From NCBI RefSeq assembly GCF_006345805.1, contig NC_042999.1, forward strand, positions 94,736,001 to 94,800,000: a stretch of DNA of 64,000 nt. Direction: 5' to 3'. Under the pieces are notes generated by a model. That model did no database searches and was not told the DNA's origin. It worked only from the letters and a program-made list of their open reading frames with translations. Positions within the stretch are counted from its first letter, which is position 1; each line of letters opens with the position of its first letter. Below, piece after piece: positions 1 to 11,357 of this stretch. The DNA is from Octopus sinensis. Taxonomy: Eukaryota. Position numbers and translations under genes: made by a program.

Positions 1-215
1 CTTGTTACAGTCATTAGACTGCAGTCATACTGGGGCACCACCATAAATTTTTCGCCAAATGAATCGATCCCAGTACTTAATATTGCTTAATATTGCTAAA
101 CCTGGTGCTTATTTCATAGCTGTTTGTCAAATAGCTATGTTATGAGGGCGTAAATACACCAACGCCGGTTGTCAAACTGAGATGGGGGACAGACAGACAA
201 ATACACACACACTCA
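1..215 (-). mobile_element. 3' half of SINE family B (SINE with internal microsatellite), ending at its (CA)n/(TA)n tract
   Basis: cttgttacagtcattagactgcagtcatactggggcacc...gtaaatacaccaacgccggttgtcaa aligns by eye with the complete copies at 18981-19396 and 41230-41667. Confidence 0.85.
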
Positions 216-276
216 TATATATAATAGAAATATGTTACAAAAAGAAAATAGAAACTGCACGTGGAAATGTAAGGGA

Positions 277-652
277 AAAGTAAGAAGAAAAATAAGCGAA
301 AATGCACATTGGAAATCAAAAATGTAAAAGCTTTTTATGAAAAGTAAAGATAGATATATACGATTAGATGAACTGAGGTAGGAATAAAAGTAATAAAAGT
401 CATATTTGTGAATTTTTAAAGAGATTCAAAAGCATACCGGTTTCGTAAAATTACTATTCATTGCTTTCAATGCACACCGATTACTGAATGGTGTCCGGTC
501 TACTAGTCCCTGAGTAAAAAGGTTATGACTTCTATTATTTTTATTCCCACCTCAGTTCATGTAAATGTATATATGTATCATTACTTTTCATGAAAATCCT
601 TTAGTCTTTTTGATTTCCAATGTGCATTTTCGCTTATTTTTCTTCTTACTTT
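277..652. repeat. Fold-back element: about 128-bp inverted arms (277-404 / 524-652) around a 119-bp spacer that contains a degenerate hammerhead motif
   Basis: aaagtaagaagaaaaataagcgaaaatgcacattggaaatcaaaaa (from 277) is the exact reverse complement of about 607-652; the rest of the arms match with scattered mismatches. Confidence 0.9.
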
Positions 653-672
653 ACCCCCCCCCATATATATAT

Positions 673-1450
673 CGGAGTAATGGCGCTAAGCAGTGTTTAA
701 GTATAATAATCAAAATTTAGGTTAGTCGAAATATGTTTGTCACATAATTCAACTGCTAACGGCAAATACGCTGCAGTGACCCTGGAGAAAAAAGTCTCTC
801 TTATGGTGAAAAGATGTGAAAATACCCGGTTCGCTCAGTGTCGCCCTCTCCCAGGAATCTCAGACATCGATGTTTCGAGTTTATTGACTCTTGTCGATGA
901 GATGTACCTAGGGGAGGCAACACTGATTGGACTGAATAAAGCTTATAGCTTTATATATAATTCAGCCAACACATTGACTGACTTGCGCTAGTAGATCGCC
1001 CGATCGAGAAAAATATCAGAATAATGGAGCTAAGCAGTGTTTACGCAAATCACAATTTAGGTTAGTTGAAATATTTTCATTCAGAGTTGCCTCCCATCGA
1101 CAAGACTCTATAAACACGAAGCATTGAGATCTGAAATTCCTGAGAGAGGATGGCACTGAGCGAACTGAGTGTTTTCACATCTTTTTACCATAACTGAGAT
1201 TATTTTCTCCCACGGTAACTGCGTTGTATTTGCCTTTAGAATTTGAAATATGGGACAAGCATATTTCAACTAACCTAAAGTGTGATTATACGTAAACAAT
1301 GCTTAGCACCTTTACTCCTATATTTTCCCGATAGCGCAAATCAGTCAATGTGTTGGCTGAGTTATATAAAAATCTGTGCTTTAATTAATTCGTTCAGAGT
1401 TGCCTCTCTTCGGTATATCTCATCGACAAGTGTCAATAAAATTAGAGACA
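673..1450. repeat. About 348-bp monomer present as about 1.15 copies on + (673-1075) and about 1.1 circularly permuted copies on - (1080-1450)
   Basis: gctaagcagtgttt...tttaggttagt(c/t)gaaatat at 673 and 1021 (period 348), with its reverse complement at about 1255-1320. Other blocks (ttcgctcagtg, cttgtcgatgagat, cagccaacacattgactga) recur inverted in collinear order. Confidence 0.85.
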
Positions 1451-1612
1451 AATAAAAGACGAAGACAGGTGTATAAACAACAAGAAGGTATATTAGTTTG
1501 ACGTTCGGGAAGGTGAGAAAGTCTTTTACGTTTCGAGCGTACTCTCTTCAACAGAAAGGAAGACGATGAAATAAACCGAGAGAGAATTAAAAAAAATTGT
1601 AGAGTTTCTAAA
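1444..1612 (-). mobile_element. Short PLE-tail-like repeat carrying a minimal hammerhead variant (family H2)
   Basis: Minus strand 1558-1523 reads CUUU-CUGUUGA-A-GAG(AGUACG)CUC-GAAAC-GUA-AAAG. Confidence 0.6.
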
Positions 1613-1732
1613 TAATTAACGTATAAAATTATTTAACATACATAGAGTTGAAATTCCTTTTTGAAACTGAACCGTTGTTATAAAACAAGTTCTTTCACAT
1701 GTATAATCGTGTGCATGCATGTATATATATAT

Positions 1733-1779
<47 letters not shown>

Positions 1780-2787
1780 TGCGTGCCCGTGTGTATATAT
1801 TATATATATAGGGCGGGTAAAATTCCTGAGATCCACGGGCAATTTGTCTGCAACAGTCTTTCTCCCTCATCATCGCTAGCATGTCTTATGTCTCCCAGAG
1901 ACTAGTATCTGTTCTTAGGGCATCAACACATGTCATCCCTGGTCTTCCTCTTCTAGTGTGCCCTTGAAATCCAGAATTATTGCCAATTACTGTGATTGTG
2001 CATAGAGCAATGTAATTAATCAATGAAATTCATGCGTTACGCAATCATCAGGTTTATGTTGTGACAGTCGTGTTCCACAATTGACAACTATTTGTGTGTA
2101 CATGTGTGTGCGTGTATGTATGTATTATGTATGTATTCATACATATATACATACATACACATACACAAGTAAGACTGAATAAAAAAGCCTCATTTATCCA
2201 AAAATATAAATCAGAATAAAATATGAAACCAAATAAAAAATTAAAAAACTTGCCCTTCCTATTGAAAGATATAAGCCAGCATAAAATACAGACCCAAAAT
2301 AAAAATTACAGATTTACCCCCCCACCTTTACTGTAAAATAAGTGAGTGAGCAATTACCTCTCCTTGTAATGTGTCTTTCCCCCTAGCAATACGTCTATTT
2401 TCAACCCTTAGTTTCTTACTTCAAAGAACAAGATCTTATTGTACACAATTGTATATCTTTACTATTATGACTCTAATATACACCTCAATCCTATAAAACA
2501 AATCTTGTGGCTTTCATCTTTTCTTTTTCTGTATATATATATATATAGAATGGTTGTATACTGTCAATCTAACGTGAACGTGACAGTAGGGGGTTACACC
2601 ACCGCTGTTTACCCCTAGGAAGCATCGACGCCTCCTGATGGCTTTAACACATTTTTCCCTGTGTCCTTACACCCCCAGCAGCCAGGCCTGCATCTAGAGA
2701 CACATATGTTTCAGGATCATTGTCCTTCATCGCTCTAGAATAGCAGCAGGAAAAATGTGTCAAAGCCATCAGGAGGCGTCGAGTTAC

Positions 2788-3130
2788 CCGGGAGACTGGT
2801 GGTAGAGTTTGGAAAAGTGTGTAAGGGGAAGAAACTGAAAGCGAACGTAGCTAAGAGTAAAGTGATGAGATGCTCGAGAGATGGTAGGATGAATGTGATC
2901 ATAAATGGTGAGATGTTAGAGGCGGTGAGTGTTTTTCACTATCTAGGATCATACGTGACGGTGAATCGTGGGTGGTTGGATGAGGAGGTGAGATATACGT
3001 GTGGGAGAGAGGGAGGGGTGTAAGATACTTCGTGTTGCGAAAGGCGGTGTAGGAATGTGTAGGGGCGGGGTGGGCTTATAGGGGAGAGTTGACGAAGAAG
3101 GGGAAGGTGGGTATGAGAAGAGAGAAGGGA
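2788..3130 (+). mobile_element. RTE-clade LINE fragment (C-terminal RT/thumb region), 5'-truncated and decaying into a purine-rich tract
   Basis: ORF 2757-3023 contains RLVVEFGKVCKGKKLKANVAKSKVMR...INGEMLEAVSVFHYLGSYV...DEEV, matching the RTE pattern LKVNxxKSKVM...LExVxxFxYLG...EV. Confidence 0.8.
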
Positions 3131-3849
3131 GTGAAAGAAGGAGAGAAGAGAGAAAGAGAAAGTGAGAAAGAGTAAGAGTTGAGAGAGAGTAGGGGTGAAG
3201 AGAAGTAGGGGCGAAGAGAAGTAAGAGTCGGGCAACAGAGGAGAGGTGGGTGCGAGGAAGTAGGAGGGAAGGGGAGAGAGGCAAGTGGAGGAGGTTAGCT
3301 GAAAATTCCAAGAGAGTTAGAGGTTGTGAAACCAACCAACTAAGGGATAATATCTATCCAATATGCTGCTGGTTGAATACCCAAGTATTGATACGCATGT
3401 TTTTTCATTGCATGGCAATTACATTACAGTGTGTAATAAATGGGTGAGGGTAAAATGTTATTTTAACCTTAATATATACAAAAATTTATTGCTGTATATA
3501 TACATATATATTTGTGTATGTATGTGTGAGTGCGTACGTGCGTGTATGTGCCTGCATGTGAATTTATGTAAATATGCATACATTTATGTGTGTACAGATG
3601 TGTATGTATACATGCCATCTTTGTAGGATATGTCTAAATAAGTATTGTAATATGCATAGTATCTTTTTTTTTTAATGCATATCATTTCTGCTTACCCAAA
3701 TAAAAGTAAACGTAGAGAGTCTTTTTTACTAAAAACTAATGTTTAGAATGAAATTTTATAAAGCACTGCCTGCAGGAGTATTTGTTTAGAACAATATTAT
3801 GATGTGTAGTGGTTTAGTTAATTCATGTGAGTTGAATTTCTGGCAATCA

Positions 3850-4780
3850 AACGCACAGTTTGAACAGAATTGCGGCACTGTCATTTGTCTTTCAATTACT
3901 ATAAAAGTACTTATCACTACTCCCAACACTGATCTTCACATTCCCGTGGTAGCAATATGCTTTCAATATTTAGCATTTGGCAAGAACTTAGCTCAACAAG
4001 ACTTCGGATGCCAAGCAATCGTCTTTTAGCCATTTTTATTGTCGCCTTTGTAATACATGTCTGGTCAATCACCGCAATGACAGCGAAAACAATTTCAACT
4101 ATTCAATTTCAAGGATTCGTTATTTCGTCTAATGAAATGAACGAAAATGTGGTATTCGGAAATGTCCATCCTTTGAATACCTCAGCGCAGGCATGCATTG
4201 ATTATGCATATACCGAAATTTTCTTGAACGTTATATTTCTTAATTTCTCACATAAGTAATTCAAGTCAATTACCATTTTCCTGGAAACGGTCATGCGCAA
4301 CAAAATGTTGTCATTATTGATATTGATTAGGTAGCTCTGTTGAATGTCTTTATTTAGTCACGACCGCTTATATCATTGAATAAAATATCTTCACAACCTT
4401 CTATGACTGAGGAAGATATAATTTCGTCTTCTGTAAATTCTATTTCACCCAATACCTCCCTCTGTTTCATACTATCTACTCAAGTTTCACTAATAATAAA
4501 CATAGGGTAGCTTATCATCTAAAAGGCTTTCTAGTTCCTAGATAACAGCCTTCTTAATTTCCCGTTGATTCCCATGTAACCCCACTGTCCTGCAATCAGA
4601 TATTGGATGCTTTTGATTTTTCAGTAAAATTGATGTTATTTGTCGTATACTATTCTTTTAGCATCAAGTATCTGTCTTAATTTCAAAGTATTCTTAGAAT
4701 CAAGAATATTGTAGCGACTTTGAGTTCTCTAATGCCCTTTATGCATTTATCCGGCCATTTCCGATAATAGGAAATCCATT
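3850..4780 (+). mobile_element. Possible highly decayed Helitron PIF1-like helicase remnant
   Basis: Frame-broken peptides CGTVICL (cf. FGGKVVLL), SIWQELSSTRLRM, CIDYAY (cf. LIDFVY) and NSISPN (cf. FLNSLTP) occur in helicase motif order; weak. Confidence 0.3.
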
Positions 4781-4854
4781 GATAGCGTTTCTTACTTCTC
4801 AGTAAATCTTGATTCATACACACGTATTATACAGGCACAGATACGCTTACTCAT

Positions 4855-4891
<37 letters not shown>

Positions 4892-6407
4892 TGCATAATA
4901 GCATCACATCTTTATTTAGATCGATGGAAGGCCGACGAAATATCCGTATAGGTAACGTTCGTGCTTTTTGACAGAACAAAATAAATTCGTTTTACGTCTT
5001 TTTATTTTTGTTCCGTTTTCTACTTTTGTTGATTCTTATATTGGATTTAAAAATCTTTCATCTGTCTAGTTACAGACTGTGAAGAGCTCTGCGGAGTCCG
5101 AAAGCATCTTTACATCATTTTAAGACGCTGGCACCGGTTACAAGCACGCAATAAAAAGCTTCCTAATTTATTATAGATTATTGAGTTGTCCAAAAAGAAT
5201 TTGGCGAAAGTAAAAACAAAATGTACATAAAAGAATAAACAAAAGCGAGGATAACTTTAACAATCAGAGCACACACGAAACTCTATTTTTAATGATAATA
5301 TAATGATAGTTCAAACCCACGTTGCTTGTAAGAAATATATCACTCAGGAATATAGTTGACGCCAATGTGTCCAGTTATAACCATTGCACATTGGTTTATT
5401 CGGCTTATGTAAATTATATGCTAGAGAAAGGCATGGATGGCTTTGCTTTTCTAGACTGTACAAAAAGAAGTCCATAAAACTGTTATATGAATGTATGATA
5501 TAATTTATTCAAAACTTCCACTACATAAGTATTAGAGAAATATCAATAAACCCCCACAAAACCTCAAGATTGAATTGCGATTTCAGGGGTACCTTTGCTG
5601 ATAATACACCAGAAAAATATAGAATTAAAATGTTCTTGCCATATACTCAGCAGCTTGTATGGTATTTAATTTATGACCTATTAGCTGGTAGTCTAGTAGT
5701 TCACGCACTGATTAAAAACTGATTGCTATGAAGGGAAAAGAAAAGTTGTCATGGAGTCGGAAAGGACTTGCACTTGCATCAAAATATCAGTGTACGAGTA
5801 ATATAGCGAACGAATGCGCTTTTGGGTATTTCGGTGATGCTAGATTCCAATGGTTGGCGTGGAACCTTAGGGTCAGACATAGCATGCAAGTGTTTTATTA
5901 CAGGAGGTAAATGCATATTAAATCAAATGGTGGTGAGTGTGTTTCTCAGCTGCTACCCAAATTAATTTCCTTCGATGTGTCAATAGTGTGAATGTAAACG
6001 GTTGAGATGTTTTCTAGTTATAAAGGGTTGATGTTTGTCTTCTTCAATGTTGTCTTGACGTGCTCTTTGAGCTTTAGAGAAACGGTATATGTGATGTGTC
6101 ATCTCCAATTGATATATAGCCCCTACGGTTGGTCGGTCTCCGCGGGCTTTCGAAGGAATATTTAACGAGTCGAAATTGAATTCCTCAACATATATTATCT
6201 GCTAATTCCGTTAACTTACATAACTATAAGGTGGCATGGGAATAATCAATCTGTATCATGATAACTAGTTACGCTCTATTATATTTTATATTCAAATCAG
6301 AGCAGAATAGCCTTCGACCTTCGTCTTCCAGGGCAAATAGAATTAATTAAAATGATATACTGAAGTAGATAACGATAATTGCGACCCTTTCTCCTAAGAA
6401 ATCTAGT

Positions 6408-6563
6408 GTTGATCGCCAGGTAAAAAGCTTAGCAGCTTTTCGTCCGTTTTTTACTTTGTGAATTCAAATTCCGCCGAGGTTAACTTTGCCCTTCATCCTT
6501 GCTGGGTCGATAAAATAATTCCAAGTTGAGCAGTGGATCCTTGTGCCAAAATTTGATAACAAT
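6408..6563 (+). mobile_element. SINE family A (tRNA-derived), degenerate copy
   Basis: gaattcaaattccgccgaggttaactttgcccttcatccttgctgggtcgataaaataa matches the copy at 21311-21536. Confidence 0.8.
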
Positions 6564-7463
6564 GTGATGCAAACATATAGCTCTAACTTGCGGTGGTGTG
6601 GCAAGTGTTCGATTTCTGAACAACATAACTATCTTAGTTCTTCTGTTTATGTGGTTGTCATTATTGTTATTAGCCCCCAAATCATCCTTAGTTGCAACAA
6701 ATCTATTTTCAAGCCAGAGTAACTGCATTCACACTCATATACACATATACTTGTGTGTGTGTGTGTGTGTATGCATGCAAGCATGCTTTCAAATGTAGGC
6801 TTCTTTTTGATAATGAATTTCATTGTTTACTTAACTAAGCTTTGTTTTAACCCACAATTCCACAGTGGCCGTGTTAGTAAATTCTTCACTTTACTCCATA
6901 CAACAATGAACTTGTAAATTTCAGGGAAAAGTACTTGAGACAAAGTCAAGCTAGGTATTAGTTGTGTTGCATTTTTACGTTACGCAACACATGTTCAACT
7001 GTTCTTCGAAACATATGTGGTAGGGATTTACCCACCCCACTCCTGGGACCTATTAATTTATAACTGTATATTTAGTTACTTTCGTTCTTAACACATGAGT
7101 AGTATAGCTGCTCTCATCTTATCGAAATGTCCATTAAATTCATGGATATAGGACAATGTTCATAACATGCGCTGATAACTAAACTTTGTTGATTGAGGAT
7201 AATGTTCTTTCTGTCATCTACACAAGCTGTGCATGTGCATGATTCTAACTGCTTGTACTAAGATATCAAAATCCATTTGGGTCGTACTACTCTCTTTCCT
7301 CTTTCTTTCTATCTCTTTCTCTCTCTTTGTTTCACAGACACAGTCAGACAGATAGATAGATATATATAAATAGATGGATATACATGTATAGGTATATTCC
7401 GCTGGAATGCTTATGATGGTTTTCGCTTGCTACTTGGAATCCAGTTACACACACACACATGTG

Positions 7464-7506
<43 letters not shown>

Positions 7507-7544
7507 AGCAGAAAGTGTACGTACGGCGCTATAAGTAAAAGGGT

Positions 7545-7770
7545 AAAGACCCCCTTCAGTCATGAATGACCATATGAAGTTAATCCAAACAAGAAAACAC
7601 AACAACGCAAGGACGTGGAACAAATATAGTATTTTGGGACGCTGAGGAAAGAAGGGAAGGAGGAGGCTTTAACGTTTCGAGCGGAGCTCTTCGTCGGAAA
7701 CATAGAAGGAAAGATCCAGAGAAAGGAAGACAGGGGAAAAAATCGCCAACGGTACACACAAAGTCCTAGA
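7545..7770 (-). mobile_element. Hammerhead-bearing short repeat family H1 (second copy) with a short RTE-like 3' tail appended
   Basis: The reverse complement aligns with 16186-16357 (gacgaagagctccgctcgaaacgttaaa...gagcgtcc...cacgtcct...gttgttg...tgtttggattaact). Confidence 0.8.
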
Positions 7771-10700
7771 TTCCAAGAATCAAGCGGGTGTACTCGCGCA
7801 TGTGTGTGAGTGTGCGTGTATTTATGTGAATGCATGTGTGTATGCGTGTGTTCGTATGTTTGTCGATATATCTGTATATAAATGTGCGTACAGTATATGA
7901 ATGCGTGAATATGTTAGAACTTTGTGTTTAGTGTAATCAGATGATAACGAGTGAGTGCATAAGGATAATGACCAACTGGTAAGGGCTCACACACAAAGTA
8001 GACTGAAACATGGCTCACGTCACTGTGAGACGAATAACAATCTGAACAAATAGATCTAATATACCCAAACGATTTCGGAAATCATGTGTGGTCTCAATTT
8101 GTACACTTATAATTCCTATCTATTGATCATTAAAATGATAACCTCTCTATTTAGCATTGCTACACCATTTATTGGAAACGTTGTATATCCGTATGCCATG
8201 GAAAAGTATCAACATTTGTCATAGGTATTCATGCGTGAAGAATTTAGCATTTGTTGTTTGAGTGTTTGTTAGCTGCGTGTATGCCTCCGATATACACAGA
8301 CACTGTTTTAATGTTTTTTAGTTGTTTGTGGGTCTCCGGCACCCCTGAAAATTGTCAATTTCGGTCACTTTCAACTTTATTTCAATATTGTTTATAACCG
8401 TCATTACCAAATTTGTGTGAACCCCCATTTGACGTGGACACTTGTCCTGGCCTGTTTTGATTAATTATTGTCTTGTCAATTTTCTCCAATATTTTATGGT
8501 CCCCACATCATGTATAAATGAATGAATTTTCCTCTGTCTACAGAGTCTGAGGCATACACCGAATTCGGTCTGAGAAACGGTCTTCTCTCTTCAGCGCATG
8601 ATAGATTGACTCTATGAATGTATAGTATATATCTATATAGATAAGTGCATATAAATATATAAACATATACATATAAAGATGCATTGCTTTTGTGTGTTGA
8701 ACAACCACTTTCAACTAATGATACTGTTATTTTATATACTTCGATTCTGAAAGAAACGCTAAGACAGAGCGAATGATTGAGAGAACGAGATAACGAATGA
8801 TGGAGTGAGATCACAAACTTCAACTCGTATTCATATGTTTCCTTATTTATTCTCGCCTTCAGTTTTAGTTTTTTTTTTCTGTATCGGTTTCTTTCTCACT
8901 TCCTCTCCTATTATGACTCCGAGCTAGCTTTATCTATCTCTCTTTTTTTAACTCTTCTATTCTAATCCACATCACCACCATTTACCCATATCATATCATA
9001 TTTCTATTTGTTTTTCTTTTTCTCTATCTTTCCAATTTCTCTCTCATTTTCTCTTGTGTTTTCCGTCTATCTCTTCATATGTTCGATTATATATTCCATC
9101 TCCTTAACGACCATCTGTTTCTTTATTAATCTGAGTTACTTCCCTTTGCCTGACAAAAATACGTATGAGGGTAATAATACATAACTGTGTAGATAATGAC
9201 CAAATAGCATCAGCATCAATATCCTCAGAAGTAGTTTTCATAACATATGAAAGTATTATTGTTATGTGATGTTTTATTGCGTTGAGTAATGTTTTACTTG
9301 AAATAAAAAAAATATTCTCTTTTCTCTGTTGATTCACATTGACATTGATGCTGGAATACGTTATCACAATCTTATGAAGGAAATATATATTGCAGATATC
9401 ATTCTTAAATTGGTTTTTTCAGTATCACATCTTAGCCATCTCATTACAACAATAGAAAATGTTCCGTTTTAACATTTAGGAGCATTACGTATGTCCCACA
9501 TCAAAAGGTATCTGTTGATATTTCTTTTTATGATTTCAAAGTGATATAAATGGTTTTATTCTTTATATGTAACATTAGCGGTGAGCTGGCAGAATTGCTA
9601 CCATGCTTTGCGGCACTGTGTGGGCTGTCATACTCTTAGTTCAAATCCGACCGTGGTTTTCTTTCTTTTGGGGTCAATGTGAAAGTATATAAAAGTATGG
9701 TTAGGGAATAAAGAAGCTGCAGAAGAGGAAGGAGTAGCAGAATTCGGGGCAAAGTACATCTACTTCTTGCCCTCCTCCTTTGTTGTTTTTCTTCTTCTTA
9801 TCCATATTCTTCATATTTTGTCTTCTCTCACCTTCTTCCACGTCTACTGCTTTTTCATCCCTTAAACATACTTCTACCTACTTTGATATTGACACTTAAT
9901 TTGCCTTGTCCATCACAATCTATTTGCTTTTTCCCGGTATGAGCGAAACAGAATGTCTAGCAGACGCAGAATGTGAGAATGCACTTATGATGCAGGTATG
10001 AAGAAGTGCCACCCTAGTATTTAAGGCTGCAAATGTTACGTAAATTTTCAGTTGGAACTTTTGCGTGAACTAGCGTTAAAGGCAGAGTTAGTACAGAAAC
10101 AATTGTAACTCACCATTTCGGCATTAAAGTTTTATTAAAGTCTTTCCTTTTTGTCTGAATTATATATATATATATCCGTGTGTGTGTGTGTGTGTGTGTG
10201 TAGATAGTGTGAGTGTGAGAGAGAGCTATACATAAATACATATACGTGTGAGCGCATGCGCACGTGTATGTTATGCGTGTGACTTTGTATAATGTTTGAA
10301 GCTGCAAAATAATGGTTCATCATTGTTTATTCAATTTTCAGTTATAAATATTTGTAAATCCTCAAACAAACATTTAAAGCTGATTGGACAGTGGGGTTAT
10401 GATGTTTCAAAATTAATGGAATCTGTTTGATAATACGGCTGACCGTCGATGATACACAATATAAACATTAAAACAAACAACGTAAAATCTAAATAAAACC
10501 GAATAACACCAATCACTTTGAATAGATTAATAGTTATAGTATTTGCAGCAAAGGACAAAATTTCAAACAAAAATACTTTCAGAAATTTAAAAATTTAAGA
10601 AAAACTCATTAAAAAGTAAGTCATAAACTTTAAATCTATATTGTATACAAACTATGAGTGTAGCTAATGGCTTGCGTCAAAGCTTAGCACCCATCTCTCT

Positions 10701-11320
10701 TCCTAATATTAATATTTCTTTTCCTGTTTTTTGTCTTTTACAGACGATCTTTCACTTCATTTTCACAATAAAAACTTATTCGTTTATTTTTATTTATTTA
10801 TTTATTTATTTATTTATTTTGTAGCGCTTATTCGAAATTGTTGTTTCGTTAATTTTTTATGACTTATAATAACTTTTTATGACGAATTATTTTTCTTAAA
10901 TTCTTCACAGCTAAAACGATTTTTATTGGAATTTTACTTTTGTTGCAATATTATAATCATCACCTTGTATAATATTATACGTGTTATTCAGTTTTATTCA
11001 ACGTTTACTCTTTCTTAATCTTTGTATTATTTGTCACGAACGACCAACGTTATTATCTAACAGATTCCATTTAATTTCAAAACTCAAAACTCACGGTCCA
11101 ACCAGCTTTGAATGTACGCTTTACAAGTTACCAAATAGTCATACTTGCAACATTTATAAACCATTGTATCCTTACGAAAGTTCACATGATCTTTTACATG
11201 AAATTGAAGTCACAAGTAAAGTTTTTCAGCTCCAATAAAATTCTATCCTACGTATGATACTCGAATACTATTTTCTCCACCAAACATACACACATTCACA
11301 CACACACACATACATACACA

Positions 11321-11357
<37 letters not shown>

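Noticed and set aside
890-930. gtcgatgagat...gaagagaggcaactctg as a hammerhead in the 348-bp unit
   Set aside because: The core reads UCGAUGA, GAAA is GAAG, position 17 is G, there is no stem I, and the copies disagree at the would-be catalytic positions.
1616-1905. ORFs rich in alternating C/V/Y/I/H/T (also at about 14350, 15380, 16130, 19800-20340, 33900-34530, 47250)
   Set aside because: They are translations of (TG)n/(TA)n/(CA)n microsatellites with no domain signal.
4931-4962. ccgacgaaatatccgtataggtaacgtt as a hammerhead
   Set aside because: GAAA is missing and no stem I pairing is found.
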